From: an uncultured Gemmatimonadales bacterium
GTDB lineage: Bacteria > Gemmatimonadota > Gemmatimonadetes > Longimicrobiales > Longimicrobiaceae
Direction: 5' to 3'
Length of the DNA: 64,000 nucleotides
Assembly: GCA_963716255.1 (NCBI GenBank)
Contig: OY970303.1
Location: forward strand, 1,856,001 to 1,920,000
A model generated the notes under the pieces. It ran no database searches. It saw only the letters and a program-made list of their open reading frames with translations, and was not told the origin of the DNA. This document shows, in pieces, positions 54,269-63,905 of this stretch. Position 1 is the first letter of the stretch. Every line of letters starts with the position of its first letter. The translations under genes were made by a program, and so were the position numbers.

Positions 54269-55456
54269 CTAGCGAGTCGTCCCGGCGGGCTGACCCGCGG
54301 CGCCCGGCTGACCCGCCTGGGCGGGCGCGGGCTGCGCCGCGGCGACGGCCTTCACCGTCCTCCCCTGCCAGCGGGCCCGGTCCACCCGCGCCTCCTGCCC
54401 CTGCGGCACGGAGATGGTGCCGGGGTCGCCGTCGGAGACGTAGCGCCGCGACGGGTTCTTCCGGTACGCTTCCAGCTGCCGCTCCAGGTGGTTGGGCGCG
54501 ACGATGAAGCGGGCCACGGAGCGCGCGTTCCACTTGACGTCGAAGGGCGACTCGTTGGGCCCGCCGGACACCTCGAGCACCACCTTGTTCTCGTACGGCT
54601 TGCCGTTCCAGCTCCCCGCCCAGGCAAGGCTCCGGGTCTTTGGCCACATGCCGAGCGGGAGCGCGAACGTCACGATGTCGTAGTCGGCGGGGAGGTACAC
54701 CTTGATGGAGTCCTCGCCGCGTCCGATGTACTCCTGCGCCTTTGCGTCGCTCCCCGCGCGGTCCAGCCGGGCGTGGTACAGCGTGTGGTTGCAGACCTCG
54801 TGGCGGTTCTCCACGAGGTAGGTGACCTTCTTGCGGATGTTGGCCTCGCGCTGCTCCCGCGGGATCTGCTTGTCGGGCTTCTCGCTGAAGAAGTTGGACG
54901 GGTGCCCGGCGGCGGGGAGGATGCACCACACGGCGCCGTTGTGCCAGGCGGGGTTCTTTTCCTGGAAGGCTGCCCACATCCCCATCATGGTGTTGGGGTC
55001 GATGCGCCCGTCAGGGAGGTAGTAGAACTGCCCCAGCGAGGAGTCGTCGATGGTGAACACCACCGGCGTCGTCCCGGCGGGGATGTCGATGTTCCCCTCC
55101 AGCACCTGCCGCATGGTGACGGGGCGGAAGCCGTTCTCGTACAGCGCCTGCAGGTCCCTGCGGAAGTTCTCTGCCTTGCGGATGAACTCGCCCTCGTTGT
55201 CGCCCAGGCGGTGGTACTCCAGCACCATGATCTCCCCCAGCTCGTTGGGGGGAGCGTCGACCTTGGGGCCGTTGTCGGTGACGGCGGAGCCCGCGGGCGT
55301 CGCCGCTGCCGTGGAGCCCGGGGCCGCCGCGGCGCTGTCGCCGGTGGCGGCGGCGGGCGCGGCGCCGGGAGCCTGCTCGCCGCTCTCGCCTCCACACGCC
55401 GCGAGGAGGAGTGCCGCGCCGAGGAGGGCCGGCTGGATGCTGCGCTGGATCTTCAT
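54269..55456 (-). CDS. Polysaccharide deacetylase-family lipoprotein
   Basis: Lipobox LAAC; LEYHRL, FTIDD, CNHTLYH, FALPLG. Confidence 0.85.
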   Translation of the reverse strand: MKIQRSIQPALLGAALLLAACGGESGEQAPGAAPAAATGDSAAAAPGSTAAATPAGSAVTDNGPKVDAPPNELGEIMVLEYHRLGDNEGEFIRKAENFRRDLQALYENGFRPVTMRQVLEGNIDIPAGTTPVVFTIDDSSLGQFYYLPDGRIDPNTMMGMWAAFQEKNPAWHNGAVWCILPAAGHPSNFFSEKPDKQIPREQREANIRKKVTYLVENRHEVCNHTLYHARLDRAGSDAKAQEYIGRGEDSIKVYLPADYDIVTFALPLGMWPKTRSLAWAGSWNGKPYENKVVLEVSGGPNESPFDVKWNARSVARFIVAPNHLERQLEAYRKNPSRRYVSDGDPGTISVPQGQEARVDRARWQGRTVKAVAAAQPAPAQAGQPGAAGQPAGTTR

Positions 55457-55547
55457 CTGGCTCTGCGGTACGGTCTTGGACGCGGGGCTCTCGCCGCCCC
55501 GCTCGGCTGGGGCGGGCCGGGTGCAAGAGATATGCTAGGCCCGGCCG

Positions 55548-56213
55548 TCAGCGTCCCCGCCGGGGCGCGCGGACCGGGGCGCGCGGAGGCTGCGGCGCGG
55601 CTTCGGCGGCCTGGTCGCGGAGCAGGCGGGGGAGCAGCTGCTCGGCCAGGCGCGCGAGGACGCGCTGGTATACGGAGGCGGCCCGGGCCGGGGGAACCTC
55701 GAGCTGGGCGATGTACAGCGACACGGCCTGCGTGGGCGGAGCGTGGTCGTCCAGGATCTCGACGAACTGCAGGGCGTGCTTGAAGTGCGCGCGGATCAGC
55801 GCCTCCCAGGTGCGGGCGGCGAACAGCTCCATCCACAGGTCCTCTTCGGCGTTGCGCTTCATCTGCCGCCGGATGAAGCGGAGCGCGCCGAGCGGGGTGG
55901 CATAGCGCCAGTCGAAGCCGCGCCCGCGGTGACGCTCGCGCGCCAGCTCGGAGCCGGTCTGCGGGTCGCTGAGGTCCGACAGGGCACGGGTGCGGACGAT
56001 CTCCTCCTCCTCGCCGCTCAGCTCCATGATCTCCACGTAGCGCTCGAGCGCCTCGTCGAAGGGCATGCGCGGGGCGAGGATGGCGACCAGCTCCAGGGCC
56101 TGCGAGGCGTGGGTCTCGGCGATGATCTCGCGGGACTTGGCCTCGGCCAGCTCCAGGCGGCGCCGCAGGTCGCCGGGGAGCCTCTGCAGCCAGAGGGGGT
56201 TGGGTGATGGCAT
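55548..56213 (-). CDS. Hypothetical helical protein with an internal two-fold repeat
   Basis: MPSPNPLWLQRL...; GC3-rich codons; two ~60-aa similar segments. Confidence 0.75.
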   Translation of the reverse strand: MPSPNPLWLQRLPGDLRRRLELAEAKSREIIAETHASQALELVAILAPRMPFDEALERYVEIMELSGEEEEIVRTRALSDLSDPQTGSELARERHRGRGFDWRYATPLGALRFIRRQMKRNAEEDLWMELFAARTWEALIRAHFKHALQFVEILDDHAPPTQAVSLYIAQLEVPPARAASVYQRVLARLAEQLLPRLLRDQAAEAAPQPPRAPVRAPRRGR

Positions 56214-56412
56214 GCTACCGGAGCGGGGTTGGGGGGCGCGGGAGAGACGCCCGCGCGGCGCGATTGCTGCGCCCGGAGGGGCGCCTTTATCTTTGTCGCA
56301 CGGGGCCTTGCGCCCCGACCGGTGGGAAAGATGTGGGCGGCGGGGCGCGGTGACAACTCCCCCGCCCCGCTTTCCGGCGGGACTGGCGATCACCCTGGCG
56401 AAGGACGTCGAA

Positions 56413-56694
56413 ATGGCACTGTCGCGGAGCTCTTCCTGGAAGGAGCATCGGCTCGCGAACCGGCTGGAGTGCGGCGGGACGGAGTACTCGGTGGACCTGG
56501 TGGCGCGCAAGGCCACGGGGGTGGAGGGGTGGAGGGTGACGGTGGTGTTCCTGCCGCGCGAGCAGGGGGGCGAGGTGAAGGTGGAGCTGCCGAACGCCTC
56601 GTCCACGGCGGAGGTGCGCCGCCTGGTGGCGGAGCTGGAGGGCGCGGAGGAGCGGCTGCGCGAGATGTGCCGCGGCGCGGGTGGGGCGGCCTGA
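56413..56694 (+). CDS. Small hypothetical protein
   Basis: ATG after AAGGA; 93 aa with globular composition; first gene of a tightly packed cluster. Confidence 0.7.
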   Translation: MALSRSSSWKEHRLANRLECGGTEYSVDLVARKATGVEGWRVTVVFLPREQGGEVKVELPNASSTAEVRRLVAELEGAEERLREMCRGAGGAA

Positions 56695-56702
56695 CGGAGT
56701 AC

Positions 56703-57236
56703 GTGGTGGACGGGGAGCGGGTCCGCACCCTGCCGGACCTGCTGGCCCCGGGGCTGAGGCTGCTGTTCGTGGGCTTCAACCCCAGCGTGCGCGCGGCGCG
56801 GCTGGGGCACTACTACGCCGGGCGCAACAACCGCTTCTGGGACTTGCTGTCGGCGGCGGGGCTGACGCCGGGACGCTGGCGCTTCGAGCAGGACCGCGCC
56901 CTGCTGGAGCTGGGGATCGGGGTGACGGACCTGGTGAAGCGCCCCACCCGGAGCGCCGCGGAGGTGACGGCGGAGGAGTTCCGGCGGGGCGCGGAGCGGT
57001 TCCGGGGGCTCGTGCGCGAGCTGCGGCCGCGGGTGGTGTGCTACAACGGCAAGGGAGTCTACCTGCGCGCCGCCGGGGTGGCGTCGGCCCCGTGGGGGCG
57101 GCAGGAGCACGGGCTGGTGGAGGGGACGGCGGACTTCGTGGCGCCCAGCCCCAGCGGGCTGGCGCGGATCCCCTTCGCGGAAAAGGCGGGGTGGTACGTG
57201 GAGCTGCGCAGGACGGTGGAGGCGACGGGTGCCTGA
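56703..57236 (+). CDS. mug: Mismatch-specific (G:U/G:T) DNA glycosylase
   Basis: LPDLLAPGL..LFVGFNP, HYYAGRNNRFW, GVTDLVKRPT, PSPSG; start at GTG 56703 or CTG 56691. Confidence 0.88.
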   Translation: MVDGERVRTLPDLLAPGLRLLFVGFNPSVRAARLGHYYAGRNNRFWDLLSAAGLTPGRWRFEQDRALLELGIGVTDLVKRPTRSAAEVTAEEFRRGAERFRGLVRELRPRVVCYNGKGVYLRAAGVASAPWGRQEHGLVEGTADFVAPSPSGLARIPFAEKAGWYVELRRTVEATGA

Positions 57237-58395
57237 GACGACGGAGACGATGAGCGAGACGAGCGGAGTGGAGGACTCCCCGCTGCGGGAGGCGGAGCAG
57301 GCGCTGGGGGCGGCCCTCACGGCGGTGGCGGGGCGAGGCGTGCCGCTCCACTTCGGCGATCCGGCGGCGGAGTACCGCGCGGTGCGCGAGGCGGCGGGGG
57401 TGGCGGACCGCGCCGACCGCGCCCAGCTCCGCCTGTGGGGGCGCGACCCGGTGAAGATGGTGCAGGGGCTGCTGACCAACGACCTGGCGGGGGCGCCGCC
57501 CGGCCGGGGCGTGTACGCGGCCATGCTGACGCCCAAGGGGCGCACCCTGGCGGAGCTGCGGGCCTTCCGCCTGGAGCGTCCCGGCGGCACGGAGGTGCTC
57601 CTGGACCTGCCGCGCGAGGCGCTGGCGGGGACGCGCGAGCACCTGGGGAAGTTCGTCCCCCCCATGTTCGCGCGCTGGGCCGACGCCTCCGCGGAGATGG
57701 GCGCGGTGGGGGTGTACGGCCCCCGCTCGCGCGGGCTGGTGGCGCGGACGCTGGCCGCGGAGGTGCCGCCGCTGGACGAGGACGCCTTCGTGGAGGCGCG
57801 CTTCGAGGACGCGGTTGTTGTAGTGGTGGGCACGCGCGCCGCGGGCGGGGAGGAGGGCTTCGACCTGCTGGCCCCGGCCGCGGTGCTGCCCGCGCTGTGG
57901 AGCGCGCTCCTGGCGCACGGCGAGGAGGTGGGCGCGCGCGCGGTGGGGTGGGAAGCCCTGGAAGCGCTGCGGGTGGAGGCGGGGGTGCCGCGCTACGGCG
58001 CCGAGCTGACGGAGGAGACCATCCCGACCGAGGCGTTCGAGGCGATCGGGATGATGCCTCGCGCCATCTCCTTCACCAAGGGGTGCTACACGGGGCAGGA
58101 GGTGATCGTCCGCATCGCGCACCGCGGCCACGTGAACCGGCACCTGCGCGGCCTGCGCCTGGGCGCCGTCGCCGCGCCGGCGCCGGGGACGCCGCTCTTC
58201 CACCCGGAGACGGGCAGGGAGGTGGGGCGGATCACCAGCACGGCCTTCTCGCCGCTGCTGGGGGAGACGGTGGCGCTGGGGTACGTGCGGCGCGAGCTTG
58301 GCCCGGGCGATGCGGTGCGGGTGGGCGCGGCCGATGGAGTGCACGCCGGGGTGGTGGGACTGCCGTTCCACGGGGAGGTGGGCGATGCTGGGTGA
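57229..58395 (+). CDS. YgfZ/GcvT-family folate-binding protein
   Basis: QGLLTND, LTPKGR, KGCYTGQE signature; start 57229 or 57250. Confidence 0.92.
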   Translation: MPETTETMSETSGVEDSPLREAEQALGAALTAVAGRGVPLHFGDPAAEYRAVREAAGVADRADRAQLRLWGRDPVKMVQGLLTNDLAGAPPGRGVYAAMLTPKGRTLAELRAFRLERPGGTEVLLDLPREALAGTREHLGKFVPPMFARWADASAEMGAVGVYGPRSRGLVARTLAAEVPPLDEDAFVEARFEDAVVVVVGTRAAGGEEGFDLLAPAAVLPALWSALLAHGEEVGARAVGWEALEALRVEAGVPRYGAELTEETIPTEAFEAIGMMPRAISFTKGCYTGQEVIVRIAHRGHVNRHLRGLRLGAVAAPAPGTPLFHPETGREVGRITSTAFSPLLGETVALGYVRRELGPGDAVRVGAADGVHAGVVGLPFHGEVGDAG

Positions 58396-58975
58396 GAACC
58401 GGTCGGCGCTCAAGGAGTGGGGCGCGGTGGAGCGGGCGCTGGCGGAGGGCCGCACGGCGCTGCTGGTGCGCAAGGGCGGGATCCACGAGCGCCGCGGGGA
58501 CTTCCAGGTGGAGCACCGCGAGTTCTGGCTCTTCCCCACGCTGTACCACCAGAACGCGCACGAGCTGCGCCCGGAGTTCCGCTCCGCCCTGGACGCCGCG
58601 GACACGGCGCCGCACGATGTGAACCGGGTGCGCATCGCCCACTACGCCGTGGTGGAGGAAGCGCTGCGGGTGGAGAGCCTGGACGCGCTGCGGCGCCTGG
58701 ACGGCCTTCACCCGCTGACCCCGGCAACGGTGGAGTCGCGCTTCGCCTACCGGGGCAGGCCGTACCTGCACGTGCTGCTGGTGCGCGCCTTCCGCCTGCC
58801 GGAACCGCACGTGATCCCCGTCACGCTGGACTACGAGGGGTGCGTTTCCTGGGTGGAGCTGGACGACGCGCTCCCCACGGCAGGCGCCCAGCCGGTGCTG
58901 CTGGACGGCGAGTTCGCCGCCCGCCGGGCGGACGTGCTGGCGAAGCTGGGCGAGGAGGACGTGGTACGGCTTTGA
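58385..58975 (+). CDS. DUF1802 family protein
   Basis: ALKEW, LLVRKGGIHE, FWLFPT..HQ, YEGCVSWV. Confidence 0.88.
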   Translation: MLGENRSALKEWGAVERALAEGRTALLVRKGGIHERRGDFQVEHREFWLFPTLYHQNAHELRPEFRSALDAADTAPHDVNRVRIAHYAVVEEALRVESLDALRRLDGLHPLTPATVESRFAYRGRPYLHVLLVRAFRLPEPHVIPVTLDYEGCVSWVELDDALPTAGAQPVLLDGEFAARRADVLAKLGEEDVVRL

Positions 58976-58980
58976 CGGCA

Positions 58981-59224
58981 GGGAACAGGGAATAGGGAAC
59001 AGCCTGCAACGGCGCTCGAAGTACGGAACGGCGTCCCACCGGAATCTCCCGGTGGGGCGCCGTTCGCCGTTCGCAGTACCCGCAAAAAGATGTACGGAGG
59101 GAGACTCGCCGGCTGTTTGGCGAGGCTCACTCCGGCGAGGGGAGACAGCCGGGCAGTTTCGGCTGGCTCCCGGAGCCCGCGGAGGAGACCGGCAGCAGTA
59201 CCGCCGGGCTCCGTAGCGGCCCCG
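58981..59224 (+). repeat. Structured repeat family C, copy 3
   Basis: GGGAACAGGGAATAGGGAACAGCCTGC, hairpin GAACGGCGTCCCACCGG/CCGGTGGGGCGCCGTTC, three GAGAC..GGCTC hairpins. Confidence 0.9.
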
Positions 59225-59239
59225 CCACGACAGGAAGAA

Positions 59240-60172
59240 TCAGCCGACGACGACCTCGCCGTACAGACCGGACGCGACGCGCAGGGTAGCGACGTGGATG
59301 TCCACGGTATCCTCGGTGTCGCGGGCGTAGCCGCCGGCCATGGTGACGGCCACGGGAACGCCGGCGTCGCGGCAGGCGCCGAGGACCAGCCGGTCGCGCT
59401 CTTCCAGCCCCGCCTTGCTCAGCGCGAGCCGCCCGAAGCGGTCGTCGCGCCAGGGGTCGGCGCCGGCCAGGTACACTGCCAGGTCGGGGCGGAAGGCGGC
59501 GAGGACGTCGGGGACGTGCAGCTCCAGGGCTGCCAGGAAAGCTTCGTCGCCGGCACCGTCGGGGAGCTCCACGTCCAGCGTGCTCCGCTCCTTGCGGAAC
59601 GGGTAGTTGCGGGCGCCGTGGATGGAGAAGGTGAAGACGGTGGGGTCGGTGGCGAAGACGGCGGCGGTGCCGTTGCCCTGGTGCACGTCGCAGTCCAGGA
59701 CCACGGCGCGGAGGACCCGGCCCGCGCGCTGGAGGACGCGGATGGCGACCGCGGCGTCGTTGAAGACACAGAAGCCCTCGCCGTGCTCCGGGTAGGCGTG
59801 ATGCGTGCCCCCGGCCAGGTTGGCGGCGATCCCCCAGCCGAGCGAGGCCGCCCGGTCCAGCGCGGCATGCCCCGCGGCGATGGTGGCGCCCACCGAGCGG
59901 CGGGAGCGCTCCACCATCTGCGGGCTCCAGGGAAAGCCGATGCGCCGCTGCGCGAGCGGCTCCAGCGTCCCCTCGCGGACACGCTCCAGGTACCCGGCCC
60001 CGTGTACCAGCGCCAGCTCGTCCCACGCGGCGGCGGGCGGCTCCTCCAGCTCCGACGGCCGCAGCACCCCCTCGGCCAGGCAGCGCTCGCGGACGCGGGC
60101 GTACTTGACCATGGGAAAGCGGTGCCCCTCCGGAAGCGGGAGGACGAAGTGGTCGGTGTAGAAGGCGCGCAC
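59240..60172 (-). CDS. Histone deacetylase-family protein
   Basis: HRFPMVKY, GGTHHA, GFCVFND, DCDVHQGNGT, AGADP..DD, AGGY. Confidence 0.93.
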   Translation of the reverse strand: MRAFYTDHFVLPLPEGHRFPMVKYARVRERCLAEGVLRPSELEEPPAAAWDELALVHGAGYLERVREGTLEPLAQRRIGFPWSPQMVERSRRSVGATIAAGHAALDRAASLGWGIAANLAGGTHHAYPEHGEGFCVFNDAAVAIRVLQRAGRVLRAVVLDCDVHQGNGTAAVFATDPTVFTFSIHGARNYPFRKERSTLDVELPDGAGDEAFLAALELHVPDVLAAFRPDLAVYLAGADPWRDDRFGRLALSKAGLEERDRLVLGACRDAGVPVAVTMAGGYARDTEDTVDIHVATLRVASGLYGEVVVG

Positions 60173-60174
60173 CC

Positions 60175-60819
60175 TCAGGGGATCCCGGTGACCTTGTGGG
60201 TCTGCACGGACATCCGCCAGGGGGGTCCGAGCTCCATCACGGCGCGCACGGTCTCGGCGAAGTTGGGGCCGCCGCGCTCGGGAAGGTCCACGGGCTGCAG
60301 GAAGTAGCTGCCGAAGCGGGTCCCCTCGGCCAGGCGGCGCACCGCTTCCACGCTGGGCGCGGCGCCGGCGGCGTGCTCGCCCGTGAAGAGCACCTTGAGC
60401 TCGTCGCCCTCCCTCTGTGCGAACTCCGCCTGCTTGGGCGACACGGTGAGCCAGTCCACGAGCGACCGGTCGACCGGCCGGGAGCCGTTGGACTCCATGG
60501 AGATGCGGTACCCGCGGGCGCGGAGGGCGTCGGCGAGGGGACGGTCGAGCTGGAGGCTGGGCTCGCCGCCGGTGGCCACCAGGAGCAGCCCCGGCCGCTC
60601 GCCCCCGAACCCCGCCTCGGCGGCGGCGCGCACCAGCTCCAGGGTGCCCTGCAGGTCGAGGGTGTACGCGGCCTTCGCCCAGTCCGTGTCGCACCAGGGG
60701 CACACGTCGTATCCCAGGTTGCACCCCGCGAAGCGCAGGAACACGGCGGGGCTCCCCGCCTGGGCTCCCTCGCCCTGCAGGGTGGCGAAGACTTCCTTGA
60801 TCGCGTACTTCCTGGGCAT
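60175..60819 (-). CDS. queE: 7-carboxy-7-deazaguanine synthase (radical SAM)
   Basis: KEVFATLQGEG, FLRFAGCNL, CPWCDT, TGGEP, VSPK, SVQTHK. Confidence 0.9.
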   Translation of the reverse strand: MPRKYAIKEVFATLQGEGAQAGSPAVFLRFAGCNLGYDVCPWCDTDWAKAAYTLDLQGTLELVRAAAEAGFGGERPGLLLVATGGEPSLQLDRPLADALRARGYRISMESNGSRPVDRSLVDWLTVSPKQAEFAQREGDELKVLFTGEHAAGAAPSVEAVRRLAEGTRFGSYFLQPVDLPERGGPNFAETVRAVMELGPPWRMSVQTHKVTGIP

Positions 60820-61430
60820 CTGCGGCTGCAGCCTGAGCGGGTGGCGGTTTCCGGCGAGCGTCGTATACACCCGCCCCCGCGGCTTGCTCCCCGGGGGGAG
60901 GGGCTTGACTTTCGGGCCAGGCGACCGGCTGGGGCAGATGCGTCCCACTTGTGTCACGCGAGACCCAGAATCCGTGCTCCCGCGCCGAAAGCGTTCCGTC
61001 GCAAAATGCCGATTTGCAATGACTTACAGCAAAACGACGGAATGGCCCTCAGCTTGCCAGATGCCCTCTCGAACGGATGCCACACCGGTGCAAGGAATCG
61101 TGCAGGATCGGGCGGCGCACGATGCCGATCGCCGGATGAGGTCTCGGGGGGGGACAGCGACCCAAGAGTAAAGCCTCCATCACCCATCCAGAACCCGCAG
61201 GTAGATTCCGCCGGCCCACCTACCCCACTCGGACGCTGCCCGCCCCCCCCATGCGGGCCCCCAAAGCCCCACCCGAGGGACCCGCCACCCGGCGGGTCCC
61301 TCATTCTTTTGCCACTCCCGGTCCGCCCCGGGGAGTGGAAGCGGGCGCCCGGCCGCAACCTGGACCGTCCAGCGGCGTACAACACCGGACGGCAGGCAAG
61401 AAGGCTGGCACACCCGAACCACGACTGACG

Positions 61431-62168
61431 ATGAGAATGGGACGTATGCACGTACTTTCCCTTGCGATGGCGATGCTCGCCTCCCCCGCGGTGCTGCACG
61501 GCCAGCAGCCGCGCACGGCCGAGGTGGGGCCGCGGACGATCCGCGTGGTGGGGGTCGGAGAGGCGCGGGCCGAGCCCGACGAGGCGCACGTGGACTTCGG
61601 CGTGGAGACCTCGGCGCCGACGGCGCAGGCGGCCGCGGAGCTGAACGCCCGGGCGATGGAGCGGGTGATCGGCGCGCTCACCGCGGCGGGGGTCGCGCGG
61701 CGGGACATCGGCACCAACAACTACTCGGTGTTCCCCGACTACGCGCCGCCGCGCCCGGGGACGGAGGAGCCGACGCTGCGCGGCTACCGGGTGGTCAACA
61801 CGGTGACCGCGCGCACGGAGCAGATCCCGCGGGTGGGGCGCCTGATCGACGCGGCGCTCCAGGCGGGGGCCAACCGCGTCAACGGGGTGCGCTTCGGGCT
61901 CAAGGACTCGGAGGGGGTACGGGCGGAGGCGATCCGCGGCGCGGTGGCCAAGGGGCGCGCGGACGCGGCTGCGATCGCCGCGGCGCTGGGCGTGAGGTTG
62001 GGCGCGGTGCTGGACGCGAGCACGGCGGGGGGCCAGCCGCCGGTGTTCGCCAAGCTGGAGATGGCGCAGGCGCGCGGCATGGCGGCCGACATGGCAAGCA
62101 CGCCCATCGAGGCCGGGGAGCAGACGGTCACCGCTTCGGTCACGCTGGTCTTCGTCATCGAGAGCTGA
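61431..62168 (+). CDS. SIMPL (DUF541) domain secreted protein
   Basis: Signal peptide; TIRVVGVGEARAEPD, GANRVNGVRFGL, PIEAGEQTVTASV. Confidence 0.9.
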   Translation: MRMGRMHVLSLAMAMLASPAVLHGQQPRTAEVGPRTIRVVGVGEARAEPDEAHVDFGVETSAPTAQAAAELNARAMERVIGALTAAGVARRDIGTNNYSVFPDYAPPRPGTEEPTLRGYRVVNTVTARTEQIPRVGRLIDAALQAGANRVNGVRFGLKDSEGVRAEAIRGAVAKGRADAAAIAAALGVRLGAVLDASTAGGQPPVFAKLEMAQARGMAADMASTPIEAGEQTVTASVTLVFVIES

Positions 62169-62337
62169 CCGCCGCCCCCTGGAAGCACGGCGCCCCGCCC
62201 GGGATCTCCGGGCGGGGCGCCGTGCCATCCGCTGCACGCGGCGGCCAACGTCTGGGTATTGCGGTCGCGGCGGAGCTCGCGTGGGGGAGGGGCTTTTCTC
62301 GGGCGCTGAGCGGGCACCAGGCTGCGTCCGCGGGGGC

Positions 62338-62627
62338 GCCCCCACCCGGCTCGCTTGAGGCTCGCCACCCTCCCCCAATTCTGGGGGAGGGCTGTCCGTG
62401 CTTCGGTCTCCCGCGCGCAGTTCTCCCTCGCTTGCGTGGGAGGGGTGGCGCGCAGCGCCGGGGTGAGGGCCCCGCGGACGCCAGCGCGAGCCCCGCGTGA
62501 GGGATTTCGGCCCGAAGGGGCGAGACCCGGCGGGGCTGTTTCCGCCGGGGCTCGACTCCGTTACGCACAGTTTTATCGTGCGTTACGGAGCCGAAGCCCG
62601 ACCCCGGCGCCAGCCGGGGGCACGCCC
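62338..62627 (-). repeat. Structured repeat family A copy 7 (62495-62627) with B1-like and B2 modules
   Basis: Reverse complement of the A-B1-B2 composite seen at 4554-4855. Confidence 0.93.
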
Positions 62628-62664
62628 AAGCCAGTAGTCCAGGGCCGTTGCAACCCCCGACGCA

Positions 62665-63639
62665 TCACTCCAGGCACGGAAATACGGTGCGCCCACTGCG
62701 GACGTCCATCACCAATCGAACGGGGACGACGGAGCCGAACACCCCCACACCGTCGCCCACCACGCTGGAAATGCGCACCGTGCCGGACGGGTTGAACTGC
62801 CCACCGCGTACGCCGTTGACGAAGTTGCGGTCGGCGGCGACGACGACCAGGTGCACCTGCACGTCCTCGGGGAAGCCGCCCTGGATGGCGCGCAGCAGCT
62901 CCTGGTCGTAGCTGAGGCGGTCGAACGCCCCCACCTCGGAAGGGACGACGACGACCGTGTCGGATTCGGACACGGAGACGCCGACGAGGCGGAGCGGGTC
63001 GGGGATGGTGCCGATGCCGGAGCCCCCCAGCACGCGCCGCAGCCCGTACACCTCCATCTCGGTGAGGTACGCCCAGGCGCCGGAGGAGGCGGACCAGGTG
63101 AGGTCGAGCTCGGTGCGCGGCGGGAGGAAGCAACGGCGCTCGCCGGTGGACGGGTCGCGAAGGGCGCGCCGCAGGCCGCGCAGGTCGAAGCTGCCGGGGA
63201 CGCGGGTGGTGCCGCGCACCCGCTCGCCCCGGGTGGTCTCCACCAGCAGGTCGTAGCTCCGGCCCGGGACCACCCACGAGCTCGCCTCGCCGGCGGGGGA
63301 GTGGTAGCAGCTGGCCTGCACGCGCAGGGTGTCGTCCCCGCGCAGCAGCCGGCTGTCGCCGCTGAGGCAGTTCTCGGGGCTGGTGAGGGTGAAGGCGATC
63401 TCGCGCCCGTCCTCGGTCCGCACGCGGACGCGGGCGTCCGGCTCGCCCGGGATCACGGCGCCCCGGAGGGTGCGGTGCAGCAGGACTTCCTGCACCTGCC
63501 GGTCGGGGCGGAGCACCGCCTCCACCACCAGGACGTCGCGGGAATCGGCGGTGGTCACCTCCGTCAGCTCGCAGCCGGCGGCCGCCAGGGTGGCGGCGCC
63601 GAGGAGGAGGGCGGCGGCGAGGGAGCGGGTCGAGCGCAT
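62665..63639 (-). CDS. DUF4249-like lipoprotein
   Basis: Lipobox AAGC; VLVVEAVL, PGRSYDLLV, SSVVGDGVGVFGS. Confidence 0.8.
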   Translation of the reverse strand: MRSTRSLAAALLLGAATLAAAGCELTEVTTADSRDVLVVEAVLRPDRQVQEVLLHRTLRGAVIPGEPDARVRVRTEDGREIAFTLTSPENCLSGDSRLLRGDDTLRVQASCYHSPAGEASSWVVPGRSYDLLVETTRGERVRGTTRVPGSFDLRGLRRALRDPSTGERRCFLPPRTELDLTWSASSGAWAYLTEMEVYGLRRVLGGSGIGTIPDPLRLVGVSVSESDTVVVVPSEVGAFDRLSYDQELLRAIQGGFPEDVQVHLVVVAADRNFVNGVRGGQFNPSGTVRISSVVGDGVGVFGSVVPVRLVMDVRSGRTVFPCLE

Positions 63640-63784
63640 CGTCCGGGGATCGGGCGTGACCTGGCGGGAGGAGCCCGCCGCGCCGGGAGTCTCCCGGATG
63701 CCCCTGATACGCGGGCGGGTCCCCGAAGATCCGCGGGACCGGCCGCCCCGCTCCCGGCGGTCTCCGGTGGGAAGCCGCAACTCC

Positions 63785-63905
63785 TTGACTTTCCGCCGCT
63801 TGGCCACTAGCTTCATCCACAGCGAGAAGAGGCCGGCGCGAAATGCACCGATTCCAGTGTACGATGAGGACCTGGGCGCTCTACGGCCCCGGTCCTTTTT
63901 TGTTG
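63785..63905 (+). promoter_or_regulatory. sigma70 promoter and terminator-containing leader for a gene at or beyond the window edge
   Basis: TTGACT-N17-TAGCTT (63785-63813), then imperfect stem GGACCTGGGC/GCCCCGGTCC followed by a T-tract. Confidence 0.65.

Noticed and set aside
61135..61230. c-di-GMP-I or preQ1 riboswitch
   Set aside because: Only a short AAAGCCTCC resemblance; the conserved cores are absent
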